From Candidatus Uhrbacteria bacterium (GTDB lineage Bacteria > Patescibacteriota > Patescibacteriia > JACQRZ01), in assembly GCA_016186045.1 (NCBI GenBank), contig JACPMJ010000020.1, positions 5,435 to 69,434 of the forward strand: 64,000 nucleotides of DNA, read 5' to 3'. A program made the translations under genes and the position numbers. The notes beneath the pieces are model-generated. The model worked only from the letters and a program-made list of their open reading frames with translations. It did not search any database and was not told the origin of the DNA. Positions 1 to 9,103 of the stretch are shown piece after piece (the stretch's first letter is position 1; each line of letters starts with the position of its first letter).

Positions 1-1910
1 CCTGTCCGGATTTTGCCTGAGAGATCTCCTGTTTTCCTGATTGGATTTTTGAAATTTTTCCTTCCGTGATGCGTTCGCCTCCTCGCATGACCTGCGTGCG
101 CGCCCCCTGTTCGATGATTCCTTCATCAACGCGTCCGCCTATAATCATGGATGCATGATCGGTGCGAAAGATCGCCATGACCGAGAGGGTCCCCAGTATG
201 ACGCGGTGTATTTCCGGAGAAAGCAGTGCCTCAATGCGTTCCTTTACATCGTCGATGAGTTCGTAAATGATTTTGTATAATTTCACCTCAACATTTTTTT
301 CAGATGCGATTTGAAGCGCGCTTTGCCCTGCCGTGACATGAAATCCCGCGATAAAACTATGCGTGGCTTCGGCATTGAGAATATCCGTAGACGTAATAGC
401 GCCGATATCCCGGGAAACAATTTTTACCTTTACCTCCGGATGATCAATCTTTGTCAGCGCATTTGTGATCGCCTCCAGCGAGCCAAGTGTATCTGTTTTT
501 AAGATAATATTAACAGATGACGTTTCAGCGCTCTCTTCTTCTATAATGCGTGGCGTCACTACTATGGATGCGGCAGCTGATCGCTTGATATCCTTTTCAA
601 CTGATTCAAATCCCTTGCCAAGAGCTCCTGTTGCGCGGACAATATATCCTACCACTGGCGCGGCCTTGAACCCGATGATTTTTACCGGCTGACTGGGAAG
701 CGCGGTTTCAATAAGTTTTCCGCGATAGTCTTTCATGGCGCGAATTTTACCATAGAGAACATTATCAATGACAAGATAATCATTTTTATGCAAGGTGCCG
801 TTTTGCACGATCAAGGTGGCAACCGGGCCCTCATGCTTATCTATATGGGATTCAATAATCGTGCCGATGGTTTCGCCATGTGGGTTTGCCATGATATTCG
901 CCTTTTCCATGTCCGAAACCAGCAGGATTATTTCCAAAAGTTCATCAATGCCAATGCCTTGCTTTGCAGAAATAGGCACGCAGATGGTGTTTCCGCTCCA
1001 GTCTTCCGGGATCAGCCCCTGTTCGGAAAGTTCGCGTTTTGTCCTATCAAGATTTGCATCAGACTTATCAATTTTGTTGATAGCGACCACTACCGGAAGT
1101 CCTGCCGCTTTGATGATTTTTATCGCTTCAACAGTTTGAGGCTTGACGCCATCGTCTGCGGCGACCACTAAAATAGCAATATCCGCAATGCGCGCGCCGC
1201 GGGATCTCATGGTGGTGAACGCCTCATGTCCCGGCGTGTCCAAAAAAGTAAGTGTTTTTTCCTCCCCGGTATTTTTAAAAAGTTTTGTCACCTGATATGC
1301 GCCAATGTGTTGGGTAATGCCCCCTGATTCTTGTGCAATGACATTTGTTTTTCTGATGCTGTCCAAGAGTTTTGTCTTGCCATGGTCGACATGTCCCATA
1401 ACCACTATTACTGGCGGCCGAGGAAGCAGGGCGTCTTGTTCTTTTTCCATGGTTTCTTTGATGATGTCTGTGCCACTTACCGCCTCTTCAATGGTCTCTC
1501 CGGTTTCATGTTCTGGAATAAATCCAAGATCTTCGGCAATAATAGACGCAGTGTCAAAATCAATTTTTTCATTCAGTGCCGCAAGAATGCCGTTGTTCAT
1601 GAGAACTTGGATAAGCTTTGTGACAGGAATATTAAGAAGCACGGAAAAATCCCGCACCGTCATGATATGAGGCAGTCTCACCGTCTGTTTTTCGTGTGGT
1701 TGTTCTTGCGCGGTTTTATCTGTCTCCTGCACCGCCCGTTGTTTTTTGAGAATAGATGAATACTGGCTCCAATTTTTCATGACCCTATGCGCGAGCGTAT
1801 CATCAATCTTTACCGCCCGCTTGCCGACATCAATACCCATCAATGGCAATACATCATGCAATTGATTGGTGGTGACTTTTAATTTTCGCGCAAGTTCGGA
1901 TATATTCATG
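1..1910 (-). CDS. infB: Translation initiation factor IF-2, C-terminally truncated at the window edge
   Basis: Reverse-strand translation from ATG (complement of 1908-1910) gives [10 protein letters not shown]...; G-domain motif [15 protein letters not shown] and DTPGHEAF are present. The ORF runs off the window start. Confidence 0.85.
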
Positions 1911-1952
1911 AGAGAAACATATGTGTAATAGGGCAAGTATACCGCATACCAT

Positions 1953-1981
1953 TGTAAATGTCAAACCAAAAGTGGTATACT
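1953..1981 (+). promoter_or_regulatory. Sigma70-like promoter candidate: -35 TTGTAA, 17-bp spacer, extended -10 TGgTATACT
   Basis: Hexamers read directly from the sequence upstream of the 2019 ORF, in the divergent infB/2019 intergenic region. Confidence 0.35.
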
Positions 1982-2018
1982 CATAAAGTGCATATCGTGC
2001 TTATTTTTAATTTTTTTT

Positions 2019-2360
2019 ATGACAGACCAAGAGCTTTTAGACACAAATATCATCACATTATTAGACATGGAGCATGCGTCTGATGATCAAAAATCTTCCA
2101 TCATCAGCGCGCTTGCCACATTAGTGCAAAAGCAGGTAACACTACGAATTTTAGAGGTTTTATCCAAGGAAGAAATCGCGGAATTGGAGAAGATTATCGT
2201 GGAATTTGGGGACAATGCGCCGGAAGTGCTTGAATTTATTCGCACGCGCGTTCCAAACATAGACAAGATAGCAGAGGAAGAACTTGTATCCGTAAAGCGC
2301 CAGGTGATGGAAAAAATGCGGGAAGTTGGCGCGCAAGAGCGCCAGCAAACAGAAGATTAA
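2019..2360 (+). CDS. Hypothetical small acidic protein (113 aa)
   Basis: Intact ORF in a compact operon-like arrangement with the following 1100-aa gene (10-nt gap). No recognisable motif. Confidence 0.4.
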   Translation: MTDQELLDTNIITLLDMEHASDDQKSSIISALATLVQKQVTLRILEVLSKEEIAELEKIIVEFGDNAPEVLEFIRTRVPNIDKIAEEELVSVKRQVMEKMREVGAQERQQTED

Positions 2361-2369
2361 TAGAATCAT

Positions 2370-5300
2370 ATGATATCAAGAGGTAATATTGAAGCATTAC
2401 ACAAACCGCCAGCGCCTTCGCAAGAAGAAGGTAAGCCACGCATGCTCAAGCCCCCGGAAAATTTCACGGGAGGTGAGAGTCTTGTAAAAAAGGGAGGTAG
2501 CGCGGAAACAGGGGAGGCGCCCAAGAAAACCATTGAAGAACTCAGGGCGGCCTTGGACACGGCACGCGATAACTTAGCGCGAAAAAAAGGCGATCTTAAG
2601 GAGTTTGAAAAACTTTTTGTTGGCGTACTCAAAGGTATCGTGCATGGCAAGGAAAAGGCGAATATCCAAAAAGAATATGATGACGTATTGAAAAAATATC
2701 AGGAGGCGCGCGCGCAGTATGTGGTAGGAGACGTGAGTAAGCTTACGGAAGAGCGCATGACGCTTGCGGAGGCGCTTGTTGAGGCGAAAAAAGAGGGAAG
2801 TAAAGAACATTTTTTGTATAAAGGATATAAATGGCTAGGCGAACAGAACGTCGCGAAATTATTTGGAGAGAAATTCGGCTGGAAACTTTCCGATGAATTT
2901 CAAAAAGACCATCCGCTTGCTTCCGGCGCGCTTCGTATTGCCGGAAAGTTTTTGTCTGTACGGACCGCTATTTCCATGGGGCTCTTGGGCGCCGGACTTA
3001 TGACTGGTGTGGGGTCCGGACTCGCACTGGGCATGGGTATCTTAGGTGGACGGGCATTGATGCGCGGTATCGGCACCGCCTCCGCTTCTCATGATATGCT
3101 CAAACTTATCGGCGCGACCACGTGGGAGAGTAAGGGAACGTTGAAATACAAAAAAGAAGAGCCGTGGTATAAGAAGGTGTCGCTTTGGGAAAAACTTACA
3201 CCAGAAGAGATAGGAAAGATGAGTAAGGAGAAGATAGAGGAGCGTTTGGCAAACATGGAGGCAAACGCGCTTTTGCATAATAAAAAAGTAAGCGAAAGTG
3301 ATATATATAAAGAGCTACTGAGCGATTATGAAAATAAATTAAAGCAGGAGATGGAAAAAAGAGGAGACACCGCCGCATCTCTCTTACAGAATCTTGCAAA
3401 GGAGTCAGACACACGGCGGGATGAGCTGGCAAAAACAAAGCGCATAAAGCATGAAGTGACTGTGGGTGTACTTACCGCGGCTATGGTTGTTTTGCCGGGC
3501 ATGAGCCAATTTCAAAGAGTTATTGAGAAGAATGCCGGTGAGTGGGCGGCGGTGACGCAGAAGACAAAAGAATTTTTTGGCGGGCAAGCGGCTGAAGCGC
3601 GTTCCTCGCCGCCATTGGGGCTTCGTGAGATTCATGGGATTCATGAGACTCATGACATTGCGCCACATGACGCACGCATGATAACAGAGCTCAAAGATAA
3701 GGCGGTGAAGTTTGCCATTGAAGGGCCTGGAGGGAAAAACGCGCAGGCGCTTACTATCAAAGATTTGGAACATATCAGAAATATCGCATCACGATCAACT
3801 CCGGATGGCGCACAGATGAAATCACTTTTGCAGTATGTTGAAAAAAGGAATCTTCTTGAACAGTCCGGCATTCGGGCGGTGACATTGGAAGGGAGCCATG
3901 CAACGCCGTATAGAGCTCTCGAAGAGGCGATGCGCCAGAATCCGGAATATTTCAAGGGCGTATCCATAGATAAGCCAGCGCTTGATCTTGCAAAGCACTA
4001 TGGTGTGACCGTGGAACAGCTCAAGACGCTTTCTCATCCGCGGGAGATATTTTATTTTTCAAAAGATGGAAGCCTTATCACACAAAATGAATCACTTGTG
4101 AGCCAAGGAGTCATCAATCGCGCGCATGAGGCGGTTGGCAGGATAGTAGGCGCTGGAGTGGCCGCAGAACATGCGCGGTCAGCACCGATACACGAGACTC
4201 CACAGTCACGGGCCAGCGGTGCGGGAACTTCTGTGGCAGAGCATGGAAGAGGGCGAGCAGTACAGCACGTGCGAGAGACACAGCCACATCCTGTGCGCGG
4301 TACGGGAGAGGCGGTACGGGAGAGGCGTCTTCCTGGTAATAAAGCGATGGACGCGACACCAGAAAAGAGGCCTCCCGCAGGCGGCAAGGGAGAGATAGTT
4401 CTTGAAGATGCCAATGGGAAGGGAGTAAGGATAGATATTTCAGGAGGAAAAGTGCGTGAGACTGCTGTTGATACGGGGAAAGCACCCGGTGTTATAGAAA
4501 CACAGAAAGTGGTAGCGCCAGTAGCTGAAGCGCCGCGTCCTGGCGGAATAGGAACAGAGGCGCGTCCCGGTTCTGCGGCAAGCGGTTCTGTTGAAGCCCC
4601 AAAGCCGCCACAGACTGCGCTCAAGGTAGAAGGATCGGCTTCTGCGGGACAGAGAGCTGGCGTTGAGCCAAAACTCGAGGTGCGGATAGTTCCGGCAGAA
4701 GGCGCGCATGGAGGAGTGCAGGAAGGAGCTGGAAAAATTCCGGAAAATGTCCATACTCCAACATCGGCAGAGATATTTGCGCAAGGATGGAATCCTGCGC
4801 ATAAAGCAGAATTCTTTGCGCTGGCAAAACAGAATCCCGGAGAATTTGCAACGCAGTATCAAAAAATGGCAGGAGGGTTATTGGATAAAAGCCATTTGAA
4901 TATGAGCGTTGATCAGGTACGCTCCGCAGTTACTGATCAGACTGCAGGACAAAAAAATATAGAGGCGCTTATGAAGGCCGCAAGTGACTATGGAGCAGGA
5001 AGGCCCATTGAACCGTTGAAACTGAATATTGGCGGATCTGAAAAGATATTTTTCACTCCGGCGCCTGAACAACCTGAACAACAGTCAGTTCCTCTACAAA
5101 AAACAAAAATAGAGCTTGATACTCATAAAACTATAAGTGCGACAACAGAAAATTGGAAGCCATCTTTTGATGTTGTGAGAAATCCGGATGGCAGTATTAA
5201 AGACATTTCATTTAGAGGGAGGGCTCCGGATACCTACTTAAATCAGCAGGGGTATGGTTTTGCGAAAACCGAGGATTATATACAAAAATATGAGGTGTTT

Positions 5301-5672
5301 CAAGGGCGACATGCGCTTAGTGGAGCGATGCGGGAATTATTTAAGGATGTTCAGCCATTGGAAGCGACTCGAATAACGCAGGCGATGGAGGCATACCATG
5401 TGCTTCATGCATCCAATCCTGTTGAAGCTCAATGGATACTCGATCATGCTATTCGCAAACCGATGCACACATTGGCAAACATTTACGGCAGAGAATATTT
5501 TGACACAAGCAAGATGCCGGAATCTGTACGAACAGCTCTTGCTGATGATATGAAGAACTGGCCGCGCATGCAAGATATTTTTCAGCGCGTCCAGCATGGT
5601 GAGGAGCCGCTTGGAACGGCAATTATGGGAGAAGCAAAAAAATATAAGCCCTTTAGTTGGAAGATAAACTAA
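2370..5672 (+). CDS. Large hypothetical protein (1100 aa): charged coiled-coil N-terminus, glycine-zipper transmembrane segment, GC-rich low-complexity centre
   Basis: Long uninterrupted ORF. TM-like segment AISMGLLGAGLMTGVGSGLALGMGILGG. Central region 4140-4700 is G/A/P/E/R-rich and of higher GC content. No family recognised. Confidence 0.5.
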   Translation: MISRGNIEALHKPPAPSQEEGKPRMLKPPENFTGGESLVKKGGSAETGEAPKKTIEELRAALDTARDNLARKKGDLKEFEKLFVGVLKGIVHGKEKANIQKEYDDVLKKYQEARAQYVVGDVSKLTEERMTLAEALVEAKKEGSKEHFLYKGYKWLGEQNVAKLFGEKFGWKLSDEFQKDHPLASGALRIAGKFLSVRTAISMGLLGAGLMTGVGSGLALGMGILGGRALMRGIGTASASHDMLKLIGATTWESKGTLKYKKEEPWYKKVSLWEKLTPEEIGKMSKEKIEERLANMEANALLHNKKVSESDIYKELLSDYENKLKQEMEKRGDTAASLLQNLAKESDTRRDELAKTKRIKHEVTVGVLTAAMVVLPGMSQFQRVIEKNAGEWAAVTQKTKEFFGGQAAEARSSPPLGLREIHGIHETHDIAPHDARMITELKDKAVKFAIEGPGGKNAQALTIKDLEHIRNIASRSTPDGAQMKSLLQYVEKRNLLEQSGIRAVTLEGSHATPYRALEEAMRQNPEYFKGVSIDKPALDLAKHYGVTVEQLKTLSHPREIFYFSKDGSLITQNESLVSQGVINRAHEAVGRIVGAGVAAEHARSAPIHETPQSRASGAGTSVAEHGRGRAVQHVRETQPHPVRGTGEAVRERRLPGNKAMDATPEKRPPAGGKGEIVLEDANGKGVRIDISGGKVRETAVDTGKAPGVIETQKVVAPVAEAPRPGGIGTEARPGSAASGSVEAPKPPQTALKVEGSASAGQRAGVEPKLEVRIVPAEGAHGGVQEGAGKIPENVHTPTSAEIFAQGWNPAHKAEFFALAKQNPGEFATQYQKMAGGLLDKSHLNMSVDQVRSAVTDQTAGQKNIEALMKAASDYGAGRPIEPLKLNIGGSEKIFFTPAPEQPEQQSVPLQKTKIELDTHKTISATTENWKPSFDVVRNPDGSIKDISFRGRAPDTYLNQQGYGFAKTEDYIQKYEVFQGRHALSGAMRELFKDVQPLEATRITQAMEAYHVLHASNPVEAQWILDHAIRKPMHTLANIYGREYFDTSKMPESVRTALADDMKNWPRMQDIFQRVQHGEEPLGTAIMGEAKKYKPFSWKIN

Positions 5673-5676
5673 GTTT

Positions 5677-5725
5677 AAAACAATACAGCCCTCTGTATGA
5701 GAGCTGTATTGTTTTATTTTTTTTT
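5677..5725. terminator. Bidirectional rho-independent terminator between the convergent 2370 gene and rplT
   Basis: Stem aaaacaatacagc / gctgtattgtttt with a 13-nt loop, followed by a T9 run on the plus strand. The A-run serves the minus-strand transcript. Confidence 0.6.
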
Positions 5726-6071
5726 ACACGTTTACTTTCTTGAAAAGCGCGGCAAAGGTGGCTGGCTGTTCGCGTGCGATCTGAGAAAGAATCTTTCTAT
5801 CCACCTCAACTTTTGCGTCCTTGAGCTTTTTTGCAAACACACTATAGCTCAACCCAAGTTCTCGGCATGCGGCGTTGATCTGGATAAGCCAAAGCGCGCG
5901 GAATGTACGCTTTTTTGCGCGGCGATCCCGGAACGCATACGCGCCCGCTTTGAGCATGGCTGGCCGCGCGAGCTTGATCCTGTTTTTCCGTCCCCAGCGA
6001 TATCCTTTTGTGGCGGCAAGCAGTTTTCTCCTTTTCTTGAGATGGATGACTCCTCGTTTTACCCGTGGCAT
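5724..6071 (-). CDS. rplT: 50S ribosomal protein L20
   Basis: MPRVKRGVIHLKKRRKLLAATKGYRWGRKN... is a typical bL20 N-terminus. Confidence 0.9.
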   Translation of the reverse strand: MPRVKRGVIHLKKRRKLLAATKGYRWGRKNRIKLARPAMLKAGAYAFRDRRAKKRTFRALWLIQINAACRELGLSYSVFAKKLKDAKVEVDRKILSQIAREQPATFAALFKKVNV

Positions 6072-6074
6072 AGA

Positions 6075-6272
6075 TTACAGTGTATTGGTTAGAATTTTTA
6101 TTGTTTTATGAAATGACTTTGAAATTTCATGGTTTCTACGTTTATTTCTTGTGGTATTTCCGGATTCGCGCGCGTTAAAATGGTCCTGGCCGCAGGTGCG
6201 CTGGATAACTTTTTTATTTTTTGTCACTTTAAACCGCTTTACGGTTGCTTTGTGTGTTTTTTGTTTTGACAT
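6075..6272 (-). CDS. rpmI: 50S ribosomal protein L35
   Basis: 65-aa basic protein MSKQKTHKATVKRFKVTKNKKV... sitting between infC and rplT (conserved operon order). Confidence 0.85.
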   Translation of the reverse strand: MSKQKTHKATVKRFKVTKNKKVIQRTCGQDHFNARESGNTTRNKRRNHEISKSFHKTIKILTNTL

Positions 6273-6278
6273 ACATTT

Positions 6279-6833
6279 TTACGTTTTCTTTCCAATAATG
6301 ACCGAGAGTCTGCCGCTTTGCATGGACACCGGAGTCTCCACATATGTGGGGATGCCGTGTTCATGCTCTATGGCTTTTACAAAATCTTCAATAATTTTCC
6401 GTGCGAGTGCGCCATGTTGGCGTTCCCGTCCACGAAGACCTAGCTCCACACGGACCTTATCATTTTGTTCTAAAAATTTTTTTGCCTGTCCAAGGCGGAC
6501 CGCGATATCATGCTGACCAATGCGTAAGGACAAACGGATGCCTTTGACTTCTGTTTTTTTCTGTTTTGCCTTTTGTTTGCGCAATTCTTTCTCCTCACTA
6601 TACTTGAGTTTTCCAAGATCGATTATTTTGCATACCGGTGGCTGTGCATGGGGCTGGATTTCCACAAGATCAATCTCAAGTTCACGTGCTCGCCGAAGCG
6701 CCTCCTCTATGGAAACAACACCAATATGAATATCGTTTTCATCAATAAGACGAACTTCGGGCACGTTGATCGCCTCATTGGCGCGATAATGTCGCTTGGG
6801 CTGTACGACCGCCTTTCTATAATTTTTTCTCAT
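6279..6833 (-). CDS. infC: Translation initiation factor IF-3
   Basis: MRKNYRKAVVQPKRHYRANEAINVPEVRLIDENDIHIGVV... matches IF-3. Start set at the ATG complementary to 6831-6833. The longer track ORF to 7046 would overlap the tmRNA gene. Confidence 0.85.
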   Translation of the reverse strand: MRKNYRKAVVQPKRHYRANEAINVPEVRLIDENDIHIGVVSIEEALRRARELEIDLVEIQPHAQPPVCKIIDLGKLKYSEEKELRKQKAKQKKTEVKGIRLSLRIGQHDIAVRLGQAKKFLEQNDKVRVELGLRGRERQHGALARKIIEDFVKAIEHEHGIPTYVETPVSMQSGRLSVIIGKKT

Positions 6834-6847
6834 TATTGTATTCTTAA

Positions 6848-6877
6848 CTGACAATTGAGTACTGTGAACTGAGTACT
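6848..6877. repeat. Composite palindromic element, copy A: CTGACAATTG-AGTACT-gtgaactg-AGTACT
   Basis: Read directly from the sequence. It lies between the infC start codon and the tmRNA 3' end. Confidence 0.8.
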
Positions 6878-6883
6878 GTTTAG

Positions 6884-7287
6884 TGGAGATGGCGGGAGTT
6901 GAACCCGCGTCTGAAAGACTTGTATATGATAGTCTACACGTGTAGCCGACTGTTTGTTTTGAGAATACCGCAGACGAAGGAGTCGGCGCCCGTTCCCGGT
7001 ATTCTTGCTTACTGAAGTTTCGGTTGCAAAGGTAAGCGCCGTGCAACCTATCCTGAAAAATATGACGCTTTCTGTCTTCTATCAGGAGTCAAAAGCAGAA
7101 AACGGCTGCCGCGTACAATTACGCGACTGCGGGTGCAAAAGAGGGAACCAAGCTGTTCGCAAAAGTTCGAACTTTGCTTACTAATGTATTGACATGTAGT
7201 AGAGTATGTGCGCAGTTTAACGAGGTAAACACATATCCTCGACGTGCGTATAATATGCGGAGTCTTCCATCGAAACCCAGCATCCCC
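6884..7287 (-). ncRNA. ssrA: tmRNA (SsrA), one-piece, about 404 nt
   Basis: 5' end GGGGAUGCUGGGUUUCGAUGG and 3' end GACGCGGGUUCAACUCCCGCCAUCUCCA closely resemble E. coli tmRNA ends (GGGGCUGAUUCUGGAUUCGACGG ... GGACGCGGGUUCAACUCCCGCCAGCUCCACCA). A 7-bp acceptor stem GGGGAUG/CAUCUCC, a T-arm and a pseudoknot-1-like pairing (CGAGG/CCUCG, UAUGUG/CACAUA) are visible. Confidence 0.85.
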
Positions 7288-7302
7288 ATAGGTAAGTACT
7301 TA

Positions 7303-7331
7303 AGTACTCAGTTCACAGTACTCGGTTGTCA
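7303..7331. repeat. Composite palindromic element, copy B (inverted): AGTACT-cagttcac-AGTACT-cg-GTTGTCAG, with an extra AGTACT at 7295-7300
   Basis: Read directly. It lies immediately upstream of the tmRNA 5' end (promoter region) and downstream of the smpB stop. Confidence 0.8.
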
Positions 7332-7357
7332 GTAAAAAAGAGCCGGTGATGAAGTAC
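7325..7357. repeat. Left arm of the 34-bp inverted repeat bracketing smpB (gttgtcagtaaaaaagagccggtgatgaagtact)
   Basis: Its reverse complement matches 7860-7893 with 2 mismatches in 34. Confidence 0.8.
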
Positions 7358-7365
7358 TCTCTATC

Positions 7366-7818
7366 TTATGTTCCTTTTCTTTTTAATACAGAACGGATTT
7401 CTCTTTCAATGTCTTGTTTTTTTATTTTTTCGCGCTTTTCGTACTGTTGTTTCCCCCTGCACAAGCCAAGCTCTATCTTAATGCGGTTAGTATGAGTATA
7501 CACTGAGAGCGGTACCAGTGTCAAGCCTTTTTGTTTAAGGAGTCCGATAAGGTGGCCGAGCTCCTTTTTTTTCAGAAGAAGTTTTCTGCTATGTTCTGGG
7601 TCATAGGACGAGATTTTGCCTGCCTGCGGATAGGGAGAAATATGTACGTGTATTAAATATAATTCAGCGCCTTTGAATACTGCGAAGCTTCCCTTCAGAC
7701 TCATGTGCCCTTGGCGTACGGATTTTACCTCTTGGCCGGACAGCACGATGCCAGCCTCATATCTCTCTACGACGCTGTAATCAAAAAAAGCTTTTTTGTT
7801 TGTGGCGAGTGTTGGCAT
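7366..7818 (-). CDS. smpB: SsrA-binding protein SmpB
   Basis: MPTLATNKKAFFDYSVVERYEAGIVLSGQEVKSVRQGHMSLKGSFAVFKGAELYLIHVHISPY... is a canonical SmpB. It is adjacent to ssrA on the same strand. Confidence 0.9.
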   Translation of the reverse strand: MPTLATNKKAFFDYSVVERYEAGIVLSGQEVKSVRQGHMSLKGSFAVFKGAELYLIHVHISPYPQAGKISSYDPEHSRKLLLKKKELGHLIGLLKQKGLTLVPLSVYTHTNRIKIELGLCRGKQQYEKREKIKKQDIEREIRSVLKRKGT

Positions 7819-7823
7819 ATACC

Positions 7824-7853
7824 AGTACTCAGTTCACAGTACTTAGTTCTCAG
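7824..7853. repeat. Composite palindromic element, copy C: AGTACT-cagttcac-AGTACT-ta-GTTCTCAG
   Basis: Read directly. It sits 6-35 nt upstream of the smpB start codon. Confidence 0.75.
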
Positions 7854-7859
7854 TCATAC

Positions 7860-7893
7860 ATACTTCATCACCGGCTCTTTTTTGCTGACAACT
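7860..7893. repeat. Right arm of the 34-bp inverted repeat bracketing smpB, followed by degenerate element copy D (CTGACAAC-tga-AGTACT-gg-GTACT, 7885-7908)
   Basis: tacttcatcaccggctcttttttgctgacaac is the reverse complement of 7325-7357. Confidence 0.75.
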
Positions 7894-7940
7894 GAAGTAC
7901 TGGGTACTGTATACTTATTTTATATGATATACTACCATAT

Positions 7941-9002
7941 ATGCAAAGAGAAAACCAACAATTTCTCACTATTAATATTTCCACAGTCACGCTCGCGAAA
8001 ATTCTTATTGCCGGCGTGGGTATTTGGCTCGCATACGCGTTGAGCGATGTACTTGCTATTTTATTTGTCGCGACACTGCTTTCATCCGCATTAAGTCCAC
8101 TTGTGAATGCGATGCATACAAAGGGGATTCCCCGCGGTTTGGGTGTTTTAGTCATTTATATTGCGATTTTTTCTATATTTACATTTGCTATCACGCTTCT
8201 TATCCCGCCACTTGTGGAACAATACACGCAGTTTGCGAAAGCATTTCCTGCATACGCAGAGCGATTTATGGGCATTGCGCAGAGTATGAATCCGGACGTG
8301 AATGTGCTGGAGCAACTAAAAAAAGGATTTCAGGCCGTTGAGTCTTCTTTGGTACAGGCGGCCGGCGGTATTTTCATCAAGATTTTTGATTTTATCAAAG
8401 GCATTATCGCATTCTTTTTTGTGTTTGTGGTGACATTTTACATGATTGTACAGGAGCGTGCCATCAAGGGCGCGATTCATTTAGTGACTCCCACACGGTA
8501 CCGGTATTATGTAGATGGTCTTATCTCCCAGATTCAGAAAAAAATCGGGCTGTGGCTACGAGGTCAGCTTATCTTGAGCTTTATTATTTTTCTCATGGTG
8601 TTTATTGGGCTTGTGGCGCTTGGCGTGCCATATGCGCTCATTTTGGCGCTTGTGGCCGGGCTTGCGGAGTTTGTCCCATATATTGGGCCGGTGCTAGGGT
8701 CTGTGCCCGCGATATTTATCGCTTTTGATCAGTCGCCGCTGTTGGCGCTGTGGGTAGTGCTCTTGTTTCTTTGTATCCAGCGTCTTGAAAATGACTTTAT
8801 CGTGCCACGAGTGATGCAAAAGACCATTGGCATCAATCCACTCGTAAGTATCATTGCCATTTTGGTTGGCGCAAAACTTGCGGGATTTCTTGGCGTACTC
8901 CTTGCCATTCCCGTCACCGCTATCCTTGGCGTGATTATAGAAGACATGATAGGCACGCCGGAAGAGCTTGCCGAGCTCGTGCCCAAGGAGGTGGAGAAGT
9001 AA
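7941..9002 (+). CDS. AI-2E family transporter (PerM/YdiK-like, UPF0118) membrane protein
   Basis: 353 aa with 7-8 predicted TM helices and an acidic C-terminal tail. The architecture and conserved stretches (GLWLRGQL, AEFVPYIGP) are typical of AI-2E/UPF0118. Confidence 0.6.
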   Translation: MQRENQQFLTINISTVTLAKILIAGVGIWLAYALSDVLAILFVATLLSSALSPLVNAMHTKGIPRGLGVLVIYIAIFSIFTFAITLLIPPLVEQYTQFAKAFPAYAERFMGIAQSMNPDVNVLEQLKKGFQAVESSLVQAAGGIFIKIFDFIKGIIAFFFVFVVTFYMIVQERAIKGAIHLVTPTRYRYYVDGLISQIQKKIGLWLRGQLILSFIIFLMVFIGLVALGVPYALILALVAGLAEFVPYIGPVLGSVPAIFIAFDQSPLLALWVVLLFLCIQRLENDFIVPRVMQKTIGINPLVSIIAILVGAKLAGFLGVLLAIPVTAILGVIIEDMIGTPEELAELVPKEVEK

Positions 9003-9103
9003 GGAAAAAGGGAGAGACGTTAAATGGTTGCTGAAATTGCCTTTTTCATTACTTTGTGGTAGTATTGTCCGTGAGCCTTGTATAGGCTCTTTTAATTATA
9101 GGC

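Noticed and set aside
4052-4624. 190-aa and 123-aa minus-strand ORFs inside the 2370-5672 gene
   Set aside because: They fall exactly in the GC-rich low-complexity segment, where stop codons are rare on all frames.
6279-7046. Track ORF giving a 255-aa IF-3 with a 71-aa N-terminal extension
   Set aside because: The extension has no IF-3 homology and overlaps the 3' part of the tmRNA gene. The internal ATG at 6833 gives a normal 184-aa IF-3.
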